Source: Escherichia virus TH10
Strand: one strand, 5' to 3'
Sequence record: MT446388.1
Length of the DNA: 64,000 nt
Part shown: positions 8,587 through 18,091 of the stretch, in pieces
Position numbering within the stretch: the stretch's first letter is position 1
How the letters are laid out: the number at the start of each line of letters is the position of its first letter
Translations under genes and position numbers: made by a program
Notes under the pieces: model-generated
Told to the model about the DNA's origin: nothing
The model's input: only the letters and a program-made list of their open reading frames with translations
Databases searched by the model: none

Positions 8587-9004
8587 AAGCTCTCCGAATA
8601 ACCCTATTAAGCATCTCTAAAGTCAGCTTTCCAGATTCTAAATGTGGCATAACAAGCTTTAAAGCTTTTTCAACATCATGCACAACATCTATTATACCTT
8701 CTTCATAGGCTTCTACAAGGATATCTTTTACGTTTTGTTGGTTATCTTTTTGTGGTATTGCTAGACGCATATTAAACTCATTTGCTTGAGGGTGGTCACT
8801 ACCACGCCAGTAACCATCTTTGTTAAAGCTGATGTAGTCACCGTGGTAAAAGTGTACACCATTAGCTTTAAACTTCTCCAGCACAAGGCATTGAATTGGG
8901 TATTCAGTATTCCACTCCCTGACTCCTATAACCTTCACTGTTGCGATGTACTCCTGTGTTTTTGCATCTATGATGTCAAGTTCTTGACCAGCTATGATTT
9001 GCAT
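8576..9004 (-). CDS. hypothetical protein (142 aa)
   Basis: ORF in co-directional block. Confidence 0.55.
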   Translation of the reverse strand: MQIIAGQELDIIDAKTQEYIATVKVIGVREWNTEYPIQCLVLEKFKANGVHFYHGDYISFNKDGYWRGSDHPQANEFNMRLAIPQKDNQQNVKDILVEAYEEGIIDVVHDVEKALKLVMPHLESGKLTLEMLNRVIRRAYEN

Positions 9005-9057
9005 ATTCGCTACCTTCTAAGTTTCTACAAAGGGGCTATCAAGTAACCCCTAAGTTA

Positions 9058-9282
9058 TTACTCAGACTTTTCAGTCTTCTTATCGGATTTCTTACTAGTC
9101 TTCTTCTCAGCTTTCTGCTCAGGTTCCTTCTCAGAAGTTGCCTTGATAACCATATCAAGAAGCTCTGATAAGTCACTCTTCAGCAAAGTAACAGGCTGCT
9201 CGTTATAGAAGTTTTTGTCAAGATATACTTTAAATTCTTCTATAGAAGGAAATCCAAAAATTGGTACAGGTGTCTTAATCAT
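9058..9282 (-). CDS. hypothetical lysine-rich small protein (74 aa)
   Basis: ORF; K/E-rich C-terminus. Confidence 0.45.
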   Translation of the reverse strand: MIKTPVPIFGFPSIEEFKVYLDKNFYNEQPVTLLKSDLSELLDMVIKATSEKEPEQKAEKKTSKKSDKKTEKSE

Positions 9283-9358
9283 TACTTAGTCTCTCCATAG
9301 GCATCTTTTAAGATTGCCTTGTTAATCATTTCAGCGATTGCAAAACGAACACATACAG

Positions 9359-9892
9359 CTATAATTGTAGGTTGCATTCTTTACTTACCTCTTCAAGTTT
9401 AACCTCAGAATCCTTAAGTCGTTTCTTATGAACTCTGAACCTCATTAGTGAGATGATGATACCAGCTAAAGGAACAACATACAAGTACCAGACATCATGC
9501 AACTTTGCAGTAATCTGTGTAATGGTCAAGTCTTGAGCTATGTAGCTGATTGCTGATACAGCTAGTAATGTTGCTAAGAAGAAAACCAGTATCATAACAA
9601 TATTCAGACAACCTCTGGCATGGTATTCATGCTTAATGCACTTATTCTTCTCTTCAACAACCCTGTTGTAGTCATTTGTAAAGTCTCTGTAGAAAGCTTT
9701 TAAGTATTCTTGAGTGTAGCCTTCAAAGCAACCTGTACCGTACCAATAATCACCACCAAAATGTGCTATGATACCAGTATCCCCATTTGGTTTGGTTACT
9801 CTTAGTGAAGTATGATGACCAGTCTTCTGATAATCTATCTTGTATCTTTCTTCGTAAATCATTTCCCAACCCCTCTCAATCGTTTGTTCCAC
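9359..9892 (-). CDS. hypothetical membrane protein (177 aa)
   Basis: two hydrophobic segments in C-terminal half. Confidence 0.55.
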   Translation of the reverse strand: MEQTIERGWEMIYEERYKIDYQKTGHHTSLRVTKPNGDTGIIAHFGGDYWYGTGCFEGYTQEYLKAFYRDFTNDYNRVVEEKNKCIKHEYHARGCLNIVMILVFFLATLLAVSAISYIAQDLTITQITAKLHDVWYLYVVPLAGIIISLMRFRVHKKRLKDSEVKLEEVSKECNLQL

Positions 9893-10077
9893 TCAAGGTC
9901 AACAAGTCTTTGCAGGACTTTCCCTCTAGGTGTTACACCTTTTAAATCTGCATCGTAGCAACGGTAAAAGTCACCTTCAGCGTGTTTACCGTAGCATTTT
10001 CTGATATTCTGGCTCCTACGATACTGCTCTAACAGGGACAGTTTGTAGTAGTCTTCAACTGTAGTTAGTTTTTTCAT
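9859..10077 (-). CDS. hypothetical protein (72 aa)
   Basis: ORF with overlapping stop/start to neighbours. Confidence 0.45.
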   Translation of the reverse strand: MKKLTTVEDYYKLSLLEQYRRSQNIRKCYGKHAEGDFYRCYDADLKGVTPRGKVLQRLVDLEWNKRLRGVGK

Positions 10078-10619
10078 TCTTTCACCATAGCGTTTCTGAA
10101 CTGGCGTTGTGTTTCTCTTGTAATTTCGTTTGGAGTAAAACCAGCTTTTAGCATATCTCTGAAAAGAACTTCTAAATGGTTCCTCTCAATGATGTAAATA
10201 GCATTCTGAATAGCTGTTTTGCGCTCCTTCAGGTCACTACTAATCTCTTCGCACTTACTGGTAAGTTCTGTATCAACTTTCTTATAGACTGGCATAACAT
10301 GTGCATAGCAACCTTTATTAGTCTCCATGAAAAATTTAAAAGATTCTTCAGAGTCCTTTAGAGCAATCCCTATAAAGTTTTTGTAAGCACCTGTGAAAGA
10401 TAAGGAATCAATCTCAGCAGTTGAGTATACAGTCCCTGCACACAGTCTTGCAGAAGTACTGAATGTGTGGTTTGGTGTTGTGTCAAAGTCTAAGTTCTTC
10501 AGTGGTCGGAAATAAACTGTACCATTGTGTGAGATGTGTGTTACAACAGCCTCAACACTCTTTGAAGGGTTCTGTTTAACATACAAAATAATTTTATCGT
10601 GCTCTTTCACTTTAGCCAT
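10074..10619 (-). CDS. hypothetical protein (181 aa)
   Basis: ORF. Confidence 0.55.
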   Translation of the reverse strand: MAKVKEHDKIILYVKQNPSKSVEAVVTHISHNGTVYFRPLKNLDFDTTPNHTFSTSARLCAGTVYSTAEIDSLSFTGAYKNFIGIALKDSEESFKFFMETNKGCYAHVMPVYKKVDTELTSKCEEISSDLKERKTAIQNAIYIIERNHLEVLFRDMLKAGFTPNEITRETQRQFRNAMVKE

Positions 10620-10691
10620 AACTATTCTCCAGAAACTAAAAAGGGAACTACCTCTCGATAGCTCCCATCATAGTCAATATTGTATACTCGG

Positions 10692-11273
10692 TCAAGAGTA
10701 TTTTTTAGGCAGTAATGCACTGCGCTTGTTACTCTCTTCACTCAATAGTGCAATGAAATCATCACTTTTACCTTTCCACGGGCTGAATGAAGGGATATGC
10801 TCACGAATGGCTTCAATCACCGTTTTCAGTGCTGTATTTTTCATCCACCAATCAGAATCTGCTGATGCTACCACGTAGTATCCACCGTCATCAGTTAAAA
10901 TTGGCTCTGAAATACATGGTGAAATCAAAGTGGTGATGATTGAACCATTGTTCATGTAGTATGTTCGTTTCATAACCTTTTCAAGAAGCTTGTGAAGGTC
11001 ACCAAACAGTGTTACAAGTTCTTTGTGGTCAATGTCTTTTTCAAGATTTGCACGATACTTCAACAAAGCTGCATCAACTTCTCTGTCATTGAACTTGAAA
11101 TATTGAACTTCTTCAACAAGGCAAACACTGATATTGTTGACATTCATAGTTAACTTACAAACTTTTACGGGAGAGTTAATACTTGGTTGAAAAAGTGCAA
11201 TACACCCTTCAATATTTCCAAAATGTTGTACCAATGTTACTTGTGGAGTGATATTCTGTTGCTCTTCGGACAT
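10692..11273 (-). CDS. hypothetical protein (193 aa)
   Basis: ORF. Confidence 0.55.
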   Translation of the reverse strand: MSEEQQNITPQVTLVQHFGNIEGCIALFQPSINSPVKVCKLTMNVNNISVCLVEEVQYFKFNDREVDAALLKYRANLEKDIDHKELVTLFGDLHKLLEKVMKRTYYMNNGSIITTLISPCISEPILTDDGGYYVVASADSDWWMKNTALKTVIEAIREHIPSFSPWKGKSDDFIALLSEESNKRSALLPKKYS

Positions 11274-11617
11274 TACAGTTTCCTCATTAAATACTTTTTA
11301 AGTTGTGTGTTAGGTTTCTCAAAAACTTCTATAGAAGATATCTTGACAGATTCACCACGCATACCTGTATGCTTGAATATATAGTACTCTAACATTCCTA
11401 TATACTTTGCTGGTAAGTCATGTTTGACATACACTGTTACAGAATCTTCAAATTCAACAACCTTTGTACCATCTTTGTAGTTAAACTCTTTAGGATGGTT
11501 GTAGTTGTCTATGTCATACATTAAAAAGAGTCTTTTACGTTGTAAATCAAGCTTATTTGTTAAAGACTCTTTAATATCTGAGAAGTTTTTGTACACTGTG
11601 ACATGGAGCTTACTCAT
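11273..11617 (-). CDS. hypothetical protein (114 aa)
   Basis: ORF; stop/start overlap with neighbours. Confidence 0.55.
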   Translation of the reverse strand: MSKLHVTVYKNFSDIKESLTNKLDLQRKRLFLMYDIDNYNHPKEFNYKDGTKVVEFEDSVTVYVKHDLPAKYIGMLEYYIFKHTGMRGESVKISSIEVFEKPNTQLKKYLMRKL

Positions 11618-11903
11618 CGTTAAACTCTCTGACGAAGAAATAGTTGACTTTATTATTACCTACCATAAGGTCAAAGCAGGTATTCTCAAAAGGTTTGTTG
11701 TAGGCATCGTATGAAGTGTACGTATCAGCTACTTGTTTAGTGTTGAGCTTTTTACTTGATGGGTTTAAGAGGCCACCATACAGTTTCTTGATAGCCTCTT
11801 CTACAACAGACCAGATGATTTCGTCAGTAATTTCTTCGTACAGGTCAAGTTCACGCTCTAGTGAGAAGTCACAAATTGGGAAAATAACCTGTACTTTACT
11901 CAT
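11610..11903 (-). CDS. hypothetical protein (97 aa)
   Basis: ORF. Confidence 0.5.
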   Translation of the reverse strand: MSKVQVIFPICDFSLERELDLYEEITDEIIWSVVEEAIKKLYGGLLNPSSKKLNTKQVADTYTSYDAYNKPFENTCFDLMVGNNKVNYFFVREFNDE

Positions 11904-12307
11904 TAACGAATAACCTGTGTTACCTGAATAGCTTCAGTCACTGACAAATCACCAACCTTTTCTTCTTTGATGAAGGTGAAGGTGAGTTCAACAGGCTCTT
12001 GCTCTTCTTGCTCTTCTTGCTCAACCGGAATACCGTTAAGCTCATCAAAGATTGATTGAGTTGTCCAGTCTTCTCCACCATCTGGGTAGTGGATGGCATA
12101 AAGAGGGAACTCTAAATTGTACCAAGCAAAAACAGGGCAACCGTCTGCATCATCTCGGCATCTGTGGAGATATGTGTTTGTACCTTCAAAATGCAAATGG
12201 AGATTACCATTCTTCTCAAAGAGAAGAGCATCTTGAAGGTCTAGTTCCTCATTTTCACTGTAACGGCTGACATCAACTTTAACGTGAATATGGCTGTTAT
12301 TATTCAT
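11903..12307 (-). CDS. hypothetical protein (134 aa)
   Basis: ORF; acidic EQEEQEEQE stretch. Confidence 0.55.
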   Translation of the reverse strand: MNNNSHIHVKVDVSRYSENEELDLQDALLFEKNGNLHLHFEGTNTYLHRCRDDADGCPVFAWYNLEFPLYAIHYPDGGEDWTTQSIFDELNGIPVEQEEQEEQEPVELTFTFIKEEKVGDLSVTEAIQVTQVIR

Positions 12308-12698
12308 AAAAACCTCTCTCTGCTTGTTCGATTTTTGCTCTTAAAGTTTCGCAATGCTGTAAATGGTAGTTAGCTTCTTGTTCATGTGTTGCTAACTGCC
12401 TTTCCAGAACAGTTTTATAGTAACCTGCAAGTTGCTCTTTTGTCAATGGGTGCTCTGAAATAATATCAAGTCCACTTTCACCAAGAGGATTGAATTGTCC
12501 ATGCTCATTGACATTGTAAGTCTCAAACTTGAACATGCCATTGTTCACAGACTCAATAGGTGACAGTTCAACAAGCTCTACAGTAAACCGTGTATACACC
12601 TTGTCGCCTCTTGAAACTACATTGTTTCCAATGATGCGTACAAGTGAACCGTTACGAGTGCACTTAAAAGTTCCAAAGTCACTAGCCCAAAGTTTCAT
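12300..12698 (-). CDS. hypothetical protein (133 aa)
   Basis: ORF track 12300..12773 trimmed to Met preceded by AGGAG RBS, because the longer version would cover the terminator. Confidence 0.55.
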   Translation of the reverse strand: MKLWASDFGTFKCTRNGSLVRIIGNNVVSRGDKVYTRFTVELVELSPIESVNNGMFKFETYNVNEHGQFNPLGESGLDIISEHPLTKEQLAGYYKTVLERQLATHEQEANYHLQHCETLRAKIEQAERGFYE

Positions 12699-12713
12699 AG
12701 TTTTCTCCTTAGA

Positions 12714-12740
12714 AAATAAAAAAAGGCTCCCGAAGGAGCC
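12714..12740 (-). terminator. rho-independent terminator (minus strand)
   Basis: GGCTCC-CGAA-GGAGCC hairpin followed by T-run on minus strand, just downstream of endolysin stop. Confidence 0.65.
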
Positions 12741-12750
12741 TATGAAGATA

Positions 12751-13215
12751 TTACTTTGGATATACACTGTCAAGATAAATGTCAGCTTCCATTCTTCGTC
12801 TATTTTTCAGACCGTTTGAAGTGACCTTCTGACCTTTGACTGTAACCTTGTTCCACCACTGCATAGCTTCTGCACAACCTACCTTATTACCAGCATTGTG
12901 GCGCTTGATAAATGTAGAATCCTGCATAGCTGTAATACCGATGTTGTATGTTTCACTTACAAGAGCATCGAACTCATTCTGAGAAGTAGGAACCTTGATA
13001 GCTTTGTTCACTGCTGCAACAAACTTTTCAACATCTGCAAGAAGATACTGTTCAGCTTGTTCAGCCGTGATTTTCATACCCATCTTAACAGGTTTTCCGT
13101 CAATACGGATTGTACCATACCCGATTGTTGGGATTCCGGCAGAGTCTTCGTAAGCCTCTAACTTCAGACCTTCAAAGAACTTAATAGCTTCTAAACCTTT
13201 TCTTGAGAGTTGCAT
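12751..13215 (-). CDS. endolysin, T4-lysozyme-like muramidase (GH24)
   Basis: N-terminal FEGLKLEAYEDSAGIPTIGYGT matches the T4 lysozyme catalytic Glu/Asp/Thr region. Confidence 0.85.
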   Translation of the reverse strand: MQLSRKGLEAIKFFEGLKLEAYEDSAGIPTIGYGTIRIDGKPVKMGMKITAEQAEQYLLADVEKFVAAVNKAIKVPTSQNEFDALVSETYNIGITAMQDSTFIKRHNAGNKVGCAEAMQWWNKVTVKGQKVTSNGLKNRRRMEADIYLDSVYPK

Positions 13216-14348
13216 TATGCCCCTCCTACTGGACTAACTGTAACTGTTGCAGCGTTAGACGTTACAGAGCCACCTGCACCAGTAACTACACAGGTGTAGC
13301 TTCCTGAATCAGCAGCGGTTGCACCTTCTTTAGTGTAAGTTGCAGCGGTTGCATCAAGGATATCTTCCTCACCTTTCTTCCACTGGTAACCTGTTGCACC
13401 TGTTGCCACAACATTCAGTGTTAAGGTCTCACCTTCATTGATTTCTTGATTGGTTGGCTGTTGAGTGATTACTGGAAGTGCATTCACAGTAACTGTTGCA
13501 GCGTTAGACGTTACAGAGCCACCTGCACCTGTTACAACGCAAGTGTATGAACCAGCATCTGCTGGAAGTGCACCAGATTTGCTATATGTAGCCTTTGTAG
13601 CCGAAGGGATGTCAGAACCATCTTTCTTCCACTGGTAACCAGTTGCACCTGTTGCAGTAACTGCTAAGCTGATGTTTCCACCTTCATTAATAGTCTGGTT
13701 AGAAGGTTGCTTGGTAATCACAGGTAGTGCGTTCACAGTCACTGTTGCTGCATCTGATGTAACACTTGTTCCACCCTCTCCAGATACAACACAAGTGTAT
13801 GAACCAGCGTCAGAAGGTGCTACTGACTGTTTTGTGTAAGTTGCAGAATTGGCACTAGGGATGTCCTCACCATCCTTTTTCCACTGATATCCAGTGGCAT
13901 TAGTTGCTAGAATGCTTAGAGTAAGTGTGCCACCCTCATTGACTGTTTGACCTGTTGGTTGCTGAGTAATCGCTGGTGGCTTAATAGCATCCTTCAACTT
14001 AGCATTCAACATTGAGAACGGCTTAACTCTTGCCAACCATTCACAGTAAATTGTGTCAACATCTTTACCATTGATGATTGCATACTGCAAATCCATGAAG
14101 AAATCAGCAGTTCTCATCTGTGCACCAACACTGTAAAGGAGTTCATTACTAAAAGGAACTTTGTAGTCTGGTTTGTAATCAAACTTCTCAACTTCTGCAA
14201 TATCAGCTTCAGGCCAATATGAGCTATAGGTGAGTGGTAAAATAGCCTCTTGATATGTTCTAAAATCATATCTCTTACCAGCTTTTACGTTTGCAATGAA
14301 GCCCTTCACAAACTCTTTGAAGTCTGGGTAAGTCTTTGCTTTAATCAT
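13215..14348 (-). CDS. protein with three tandem Ig-like domains (377 aa)
   Basis: three repeats of about 82 aa with (Q/K)QP..Q..NEGG.L.L...ATGATGYQWKK.G.DI..A..ATY.K....A.D.GSYTCVV.G.GG; N-terminal 125 aa paralogous to 14345..14716. Confidence 0.75.
   Translation of the reverse strand: MIKAKTYPDFKEFVKGFIANVKAGKRYDFRTYQEAILPLTYSSYWPEADIAEVEKFDYKPDYKVPFSNELLYSVGAQMRTADFFMDLQYAIINGKDVDTIYCEWLARVKPFSMLNAKLKDAIKPPAITQQPTGQTVNEGGTLTLSILATNATGYQWKKDGEDIPSANSATYTKQSVAPSDAGSYTCVVSGEGGTSVTSDAATVTVNALPVITKQPSNQTINEGGNISLAVTATGATGYQWKKDGSDIPSATKATYSKSGALPADAGSYTCVVTGAGGSVTSNAATVTVNALPVITQQPTNQEINEGETLTLNVVATGATGYQWKKGEEDILDATAATYTKEGATAADSGSYTCVVTGAGGSVTSNAATVTVSPVGGA
13240..13985. repeat. three tandem DNA repeats of about 246 bp
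   Basis: near-identical blocks, e.g. ACTGTTGCAGCGTTAGACGTTACAGAGCCACCTGCACC at about 13245 and 13493; encode the Ig-like repeats. Confidence 0.7.
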
Positions 14349-14716
14349 TTCTTTTTAGCCTCTAAATGTGCGTTTAGTCTAAAATAACCTTTGTGGTGTG
14401 GAGATACATCACCAACAACAATACCTTTAACCTTATAACCTTTACCAATTACATACTGGATATCCATAAGGAATCTACCAAGACCAACAATATGGAACAT
14501 TGGATATAATAGATTCTCAGAATCTGGAATATTGATTTCAGGTTTGTAGGTGCGTTGTTCGCTTGTTGGTGTAATATCTTCTTCAGGCCATTTACTGAGT
14601 CTCCATGTCAAAGGTGTTGGGATAACATCATTAAGATTGTACCTCTCACCATTTTTCACGGAATTGATGTAGGATTGTAGGAAGCAATAAAAGTCTTTTG
14701 CACTCTTAGCCTTCAT
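14345..14716 (-). CDS. hypothetical protein, paralog of the N-domain of the Ig-repeat protein (123 aa)
   Basis: shared motifs (KDF..F...I..VK.G.RY, EADI/EEDI, YKP, F.MDLQY.I.GK). Confidence 0.6.
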   Translation of the reverse strand: MKAKSAKDFYCFLQSYINSVKNGERYNLNDVIPTPLTWRLSKWPEEDITPTSEQRTYKPEINIPDSENLLYPMFHIVGLGRFLMDIQYVIGKGYKVKGIVVGDVSPHHKGYFRLNAHLEAKKK

Positions 14717-14763
14717 TAAATATCCTTATAAACAGATAAAGGGGCACTAGCCCCTATTTACAC

Positions 14764-15354
14764 TTAAGCTTTAGTCTTAAGTAGGTTCTTAAGCTTTTTG
14801 AGATTCATACTCTCGTCAAACTTAAAACCAAATCCATTGACGTAATCAATGAACTCGGATTTTTTACTAAGTGATAGCGCATAATCCATATCAAAGCTGT
14901 TACTTGTTTCTGCGTCTGGACTAGAGTTCACATCAAATGAAATTTCTGTAGGCTCTTGCTTATTCTTTCTCATATTATCAACCAATAAGCAGGTATAGTT
15001 TGCTGGATAGAAGTTAACACTACCATCAACATAGCTATACTTATTATTGTGAATAAGATTGGAAAATACCTTAAAGAATGTTTCTGAGTCGTGGCACACA
15101 AGTTTGAATTGACTGCTCTCTCCAAGAGCAACTAATGAGTACGGACTTTCACTATCAAAGTCATAGTTTGGATTCGATGCCGTCACTGTTACACGCATCA
15201 AATTGTTAGCAATTGTCTTTTGCTTAAAAGAGTTTTGAACATAGAAAAGACCTCTACCACACTGGTTAACTAACTCTTTAAGTAGGTCATTTGCATATGG
15301 TGAATTAATTGATACAGAACCATCACTATTGTAATTAAAACTTACTGTTAACAT
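14764..15354 (-). CDS. hypothetical protein (196 aa)
   Basis: ORF. Confidence 0.55.
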   Translation of the reverse strand: MLTVSFNYNSDGSVSINSPYANDLLKELVNQCGRGLFYVQNSFKQKTIANNLMRVTVTASNPNYDFDSESPYSLVALGESSQFKLVCHDSETFFKVFSNLIHNNKYSYVDGSVNFYPANYTCLLVDNMRKNKQEPTEISFDVNSSPDAETSNSFDMDYALSLSKKSEFIDYVNGFGFKFDESMNLKKLKNLLKTKA

Positions 15355-15581
15355 TTTTCAGTTCTCCTGCGATTTATAATTTTGCTGCAATAGAGAAACG
15401 AAGTAAACTCACTGGAAGAAACCATTAAGTGTTGTTCACTAGATTGAGCCATTGCCCTGAAATACATTCCAGTCAAAGCATCATAGTGACTATTCTTTCC
15501 AATTGAGGTTATATAGCCATGACTCTTTGCAGTTTGGTATAAATCAATAATATCTGCGATTTCTAATTGGGAACTACACAT
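15348..15581 (-). CDS. hypothetical protein (77 aa)
   Basis: ORF. Confidence 0.45.
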   Translation of the reverse strand: MCSSQLEIADIIDLYQTAKSHGYITSIGKNSHYDALTGMYFRAMAQSSEQHLMVSSSEFTSFLYCSKIINRRRTEKC

Positions 15582-15745
15582 AGATAATCCTCTTGTCTTC
15601 TGTAATTTTGAAAGAACAGGTACAGACCAATTTCAGAGGACGAATAGTAGAATAATTCTACCCTTTTTGATTCCTTACAGTGATTGGTATTTTTACCTTT
15701 CTTCGGTTTATTTGATTTTCTCATTAAGTCTCCTTTGTAGAACAA
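15563..15745 (-). CDS. hypothetical basic small protein (60 aa)
   Basis: ORF; first gene of minus block. Confidence 0.4.
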   Translation of the reverse strand: MFYKGDLMRKSNKPKKGKNTNHCKESKRVELFYYSSSEIGLYLFFQNYRRQEDYLCVVPN

Positions 15746-15823
15746 GGCAGACCTACAGCTTTAAGTAAGATGGTACAGTAATCCATACAACAAGTCAAGA
15801 ACTATTGCAAGTTAAAAAAGTTG

Positions 15824-15852
15824 TTGACAAAGTACTTGACAAGGTGTAGGCT
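15824..15852. promoter_or_regulatory. conserved tandem TTGACA motif in divergent intergenic region
   Basis: TTGACAAAGTACTTGACAAGGTGT; near-identical motif at 58639-58665 in another divergent region. Confidence 0.45.
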
Positions 15853-15973
15853 TATAAATACTTAGAAGATTACTTAAAAGGTTCCTCTAAAAAGGCTATT
15901 TAAACAGATATCTTTCTGGATATCTATCTTTTATCTTAAAAGCCTTTTAAGAGGTCTTATAAGAGGCATACCA

Positions 15974-16345
15974 ATGAAAAACAGAACAAACAAAGGCCAG
16001 TTTAAAAAAGGCCAATCTGGAAACCCATCTGGAAGACCAAAAGGCTCTCGCAACAAAAGCTCACTTGTAAAAGCTCAACTGACCATTGACAATTCTGCTG
16101 AGTTTGCTGCAAAGTTATTTGAAGCGATTGTTACAAGGGATGCTGCTAAGCTTGCAGAGTTCGGGTTAAACACAGATGACGTAACCATCAAGAGCATGAT
16201 TGAAGTTGGTAAAACTATCATGACTCACTCAGCAGGTGAGATGAAAGCAATTGCAGCAGACACTAAGAAGACCCCTGATAACGGTGGTCAACCTCAGACA
16301 GATAACAAACCAACGTTCTCTGCTGTAGCGACTCTTAAAAAATAA
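15974..16345 (+). CDS. hypothetical protein with GQSGNPSGRPKG motif (123 aa)
   Basis: ORF; basic Gly/Pro-rich N-terminus. Confidence 0.55.
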   Translation: MKNRTNKGQFKKGQSGNPSGRPKGSRNKSSLVKAQLTIDNSAEFAAKLFEAIVTRDAAKLAEFGLNTDDVTIKSMIEVGKTIMTHSAGEMKAIAADTKKTPDNGGQPQTDNKPTFSAVATLKK

Positions 16346-16357
16346 TTTTAAAAGGTG

Positions 16358-16387
16358 TTGACAGACTCTACAAAGTTGCTCTATAGT
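16358..16387 (+). promoter_or_regulatory. sigma70-like promoter (TTGACA-18-TATAGT)
   Basis: hexamers upstream of 16427 gene, A/T-rich UP region. Confidence 0.55.
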
Positions 16388-16426
16388 CTGTCACATCAAA
16401 CAACAAATGAGAGAAGAGAGTAAAAT

Positions 16427-17842
16427 ATGAGCGAATTATTTAAACATGCGCACCTTCATGCAGGTCGAACTGAAAATGGTGCTGTAAACCATACTTCATC
16501 AATGTCTGCTCTTGTAGACTTTTACAAAGCTGCTGGTTCTAGCCGTAGCAATGTAGAAATCTTACCAGACTTGTTCTACAAAGCTTTGCATGAGGATGTT
16601 GATGTTGCAGTTCGTATTTTACTGCATATGCGAGATGTACGAGAAGGTATGGGTGAGCGTAAAGCTTTCCGAACTGTTTTACTTCAAGCAATTGAAGATA
16701 AGATTTTAGAGCCTACACAGGTTCTTCGCATTATGGATAAGATTGCAGAGCTTGGTCGTTTTGATGACTTCAAAATCTTCGTCGGTACTCGTTTCGAAAC
16801 AGATGCCTTCAAACATTTAGAAGCTGCATTACTAGACCCTGCAACAGCAGGTTTGGCAGCCAAGTGGTTACCACGAGTCAAACCACGCCATAAGCATTTT
16901 GTAAAACGTTTCTGCAAGTTTGCAAACTTAAGTGAGAAAGAGTACCGCACACTGTTGTCTGCACTATCTGATACAGTTGAGCAAAAAATCTCTGCTAATG
17001 AGTTTGGTAAGATTGACTACAGTAAGATTCCTTCACTTGCTGCTGCACGTTACCAAAAACTGTTTAACCGTAAAGATGGAGAGCGCTACAAAGCTTACAT
17101 CGAGTCATTATCAAAGGGTGAGGCTAAGATTAATGCTGGTGCTGTTTACCCATACGATGTGATTAAATCTGTTAAGTATGGTAATGCAGATGTTGCTAAT
17201 GAGCAGTGGAAAGCACTACCAAACTGGATGGCAGAGGGTGAAAACATTCTATGTATGTCTGATGTTTCAAGTTCAATGTCTTGGGTGAATTTTGGCTCAA
17301 TTACTGCCCTTGATATTGGTGTATCACTTGCCTTGTATGTAGCAGAACGCAATACAGGTTGCTTTAAGAACGAGTTAATGGTTTATTCAACAAACCCTCA
17401 TTTCATCGAACTGAGTGGCGATTTAAAGAACCGTCACCGTCAGGTAATGCGACATGTTGAATACGGTTCAACTAACTTACAAGCAGCTTTTGACCGCATC
17501 CTTGAGACAGGTAAGAGAAACAACTTGACTCAGAAAGATATGCCAAGTAAGCTTATCATCTTCTCTGATATGGAGTTCAATCAGGTTGACGGTGCAAATG
17601 GTCGTACAAACTTTGAAGCAATTCAGAGTAAGTACAAAAAAGCTGGATATGAGATGCCACAACTGGTATTCTGGTACTTAGCAAACCGTAATGGTACTTG
17701 CGAAGTATCTGTTAAGGATAACGGTGTAGCAATGGTATCTGGTTTCTCTCCAGCCACTTTAAAAGCTCTGCTTGGTGGTGAGAAGTTTGACCCAATCAGT
17801 GTAATGCTCAAAGCAGTAATGATTGACCGTTATATCTGGTAA
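16427..17842 (+). CDS. vWA-domain protein with Ro60 (TROVE+vWA)-like architecture (471 aa)
   Basis: C-terminal MIDAS motif D-V-S-S-S (LCMSDVSSSMSW) and later FSDME typical of vWA; about 270-aa helical N-terminal domain; sits immediately 5' of the tRNA/Y-RNA-like array. Confidence 0.6.
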   Translation: MSELFKHAHLHAGRTENGAVNHTSSMSALVDFYKAAGSSRSNVEILPDLFYKALHEDVDVAVRILLHMRDVREGMGERKAFRTVLLQAIEDKILEPTQVLRIMDKIAELGRFDDFKIFVGTRFETDAFKHLEAALLDPATAGLAAKWLPRVKPRHKHFVKRFCKFANLSEKEYRTLLSALSDTVEQKISANEFGKIDYSKIPSLAAARYQKLFNRKDGERYKAYIESLSKGEAKINAGAVYPYDVIKSVKYGNADVANEQWKALPNWMAEGENILCMSDVSSSMSWVNFGSITALDIGVSLALYVAERNTGCFKNELMVYSTNPHFIELSGDLKNRHRQVMRHVEYGSTNLQAAFDRILETGKRNNLTQKDMPSKLIIFSDMEFNQVDGANGRTNFEAIQSKYKKAGYEMPQLVFWYLANRNGTCEVSVKDNGVAMVSGFSPATLKALLGGEKFDPISVMLKAVMIDRYIW

Positions 17843-17860
17843 AAAGTTTTAAAAAGGGTA

Positions 17861-17889
17861 TTGACAATGTGTTTAATACCCTTTAATAT
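17861..17889 (+). promoter_or_regulatory. sigma70-like promoter (TTGACA-17-TAATAT)
   Basis: hexamers between the vWA gene and tRNA array. Confidence 0.5.
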
Positions 17890-17951
17890 GTTCTACATAG
17901 AAACGAAATGAGAGCTTTTCTAAGATACTGAAAAATATTTTAAAAAAGTTC

Positions 17952-17980
17952 TTGACAATCACTAAAAAATAATGTTAAAG
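17952..17980 (+). promoter_or_regulatory. possible promoter (TTGACA .. TTAAAG)
   Basis: -35 good, -10 weak; about 30 nt upstream of first tRNA. Confidence 0.35.
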
Positions 17981-18007
17981 TGGTTACATAGAGTTTGAAA
18001 AGTTTAT

Positions 18008-18084
18008 CTCTGTTTAGCTCAGCTTGGTAGAGCGTTCCGTTTGGGGCGGTAAGGCCGGAGGTTCAAGTCCTCCAACAGAGACCA
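18008..18084 (+). tRNA. tRNA-Pro (UGG)
   Basis: 7-bp acceptor CTCTGTT/AACAGAG, T-arm GGAGG-TTCAAGT-CCTCC, loop ttTGGgg, encoded CCA. Confidence 0.75.
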
Positions 18085-18091
18085 AATTAAT

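Noticed and set aside
16684-17811. Short ORFs on either strand inside the vWA/Ro60-like gene
   Set aside because: Nested within a long, well-supported frame; typical spurious alternative-frame ORFs.
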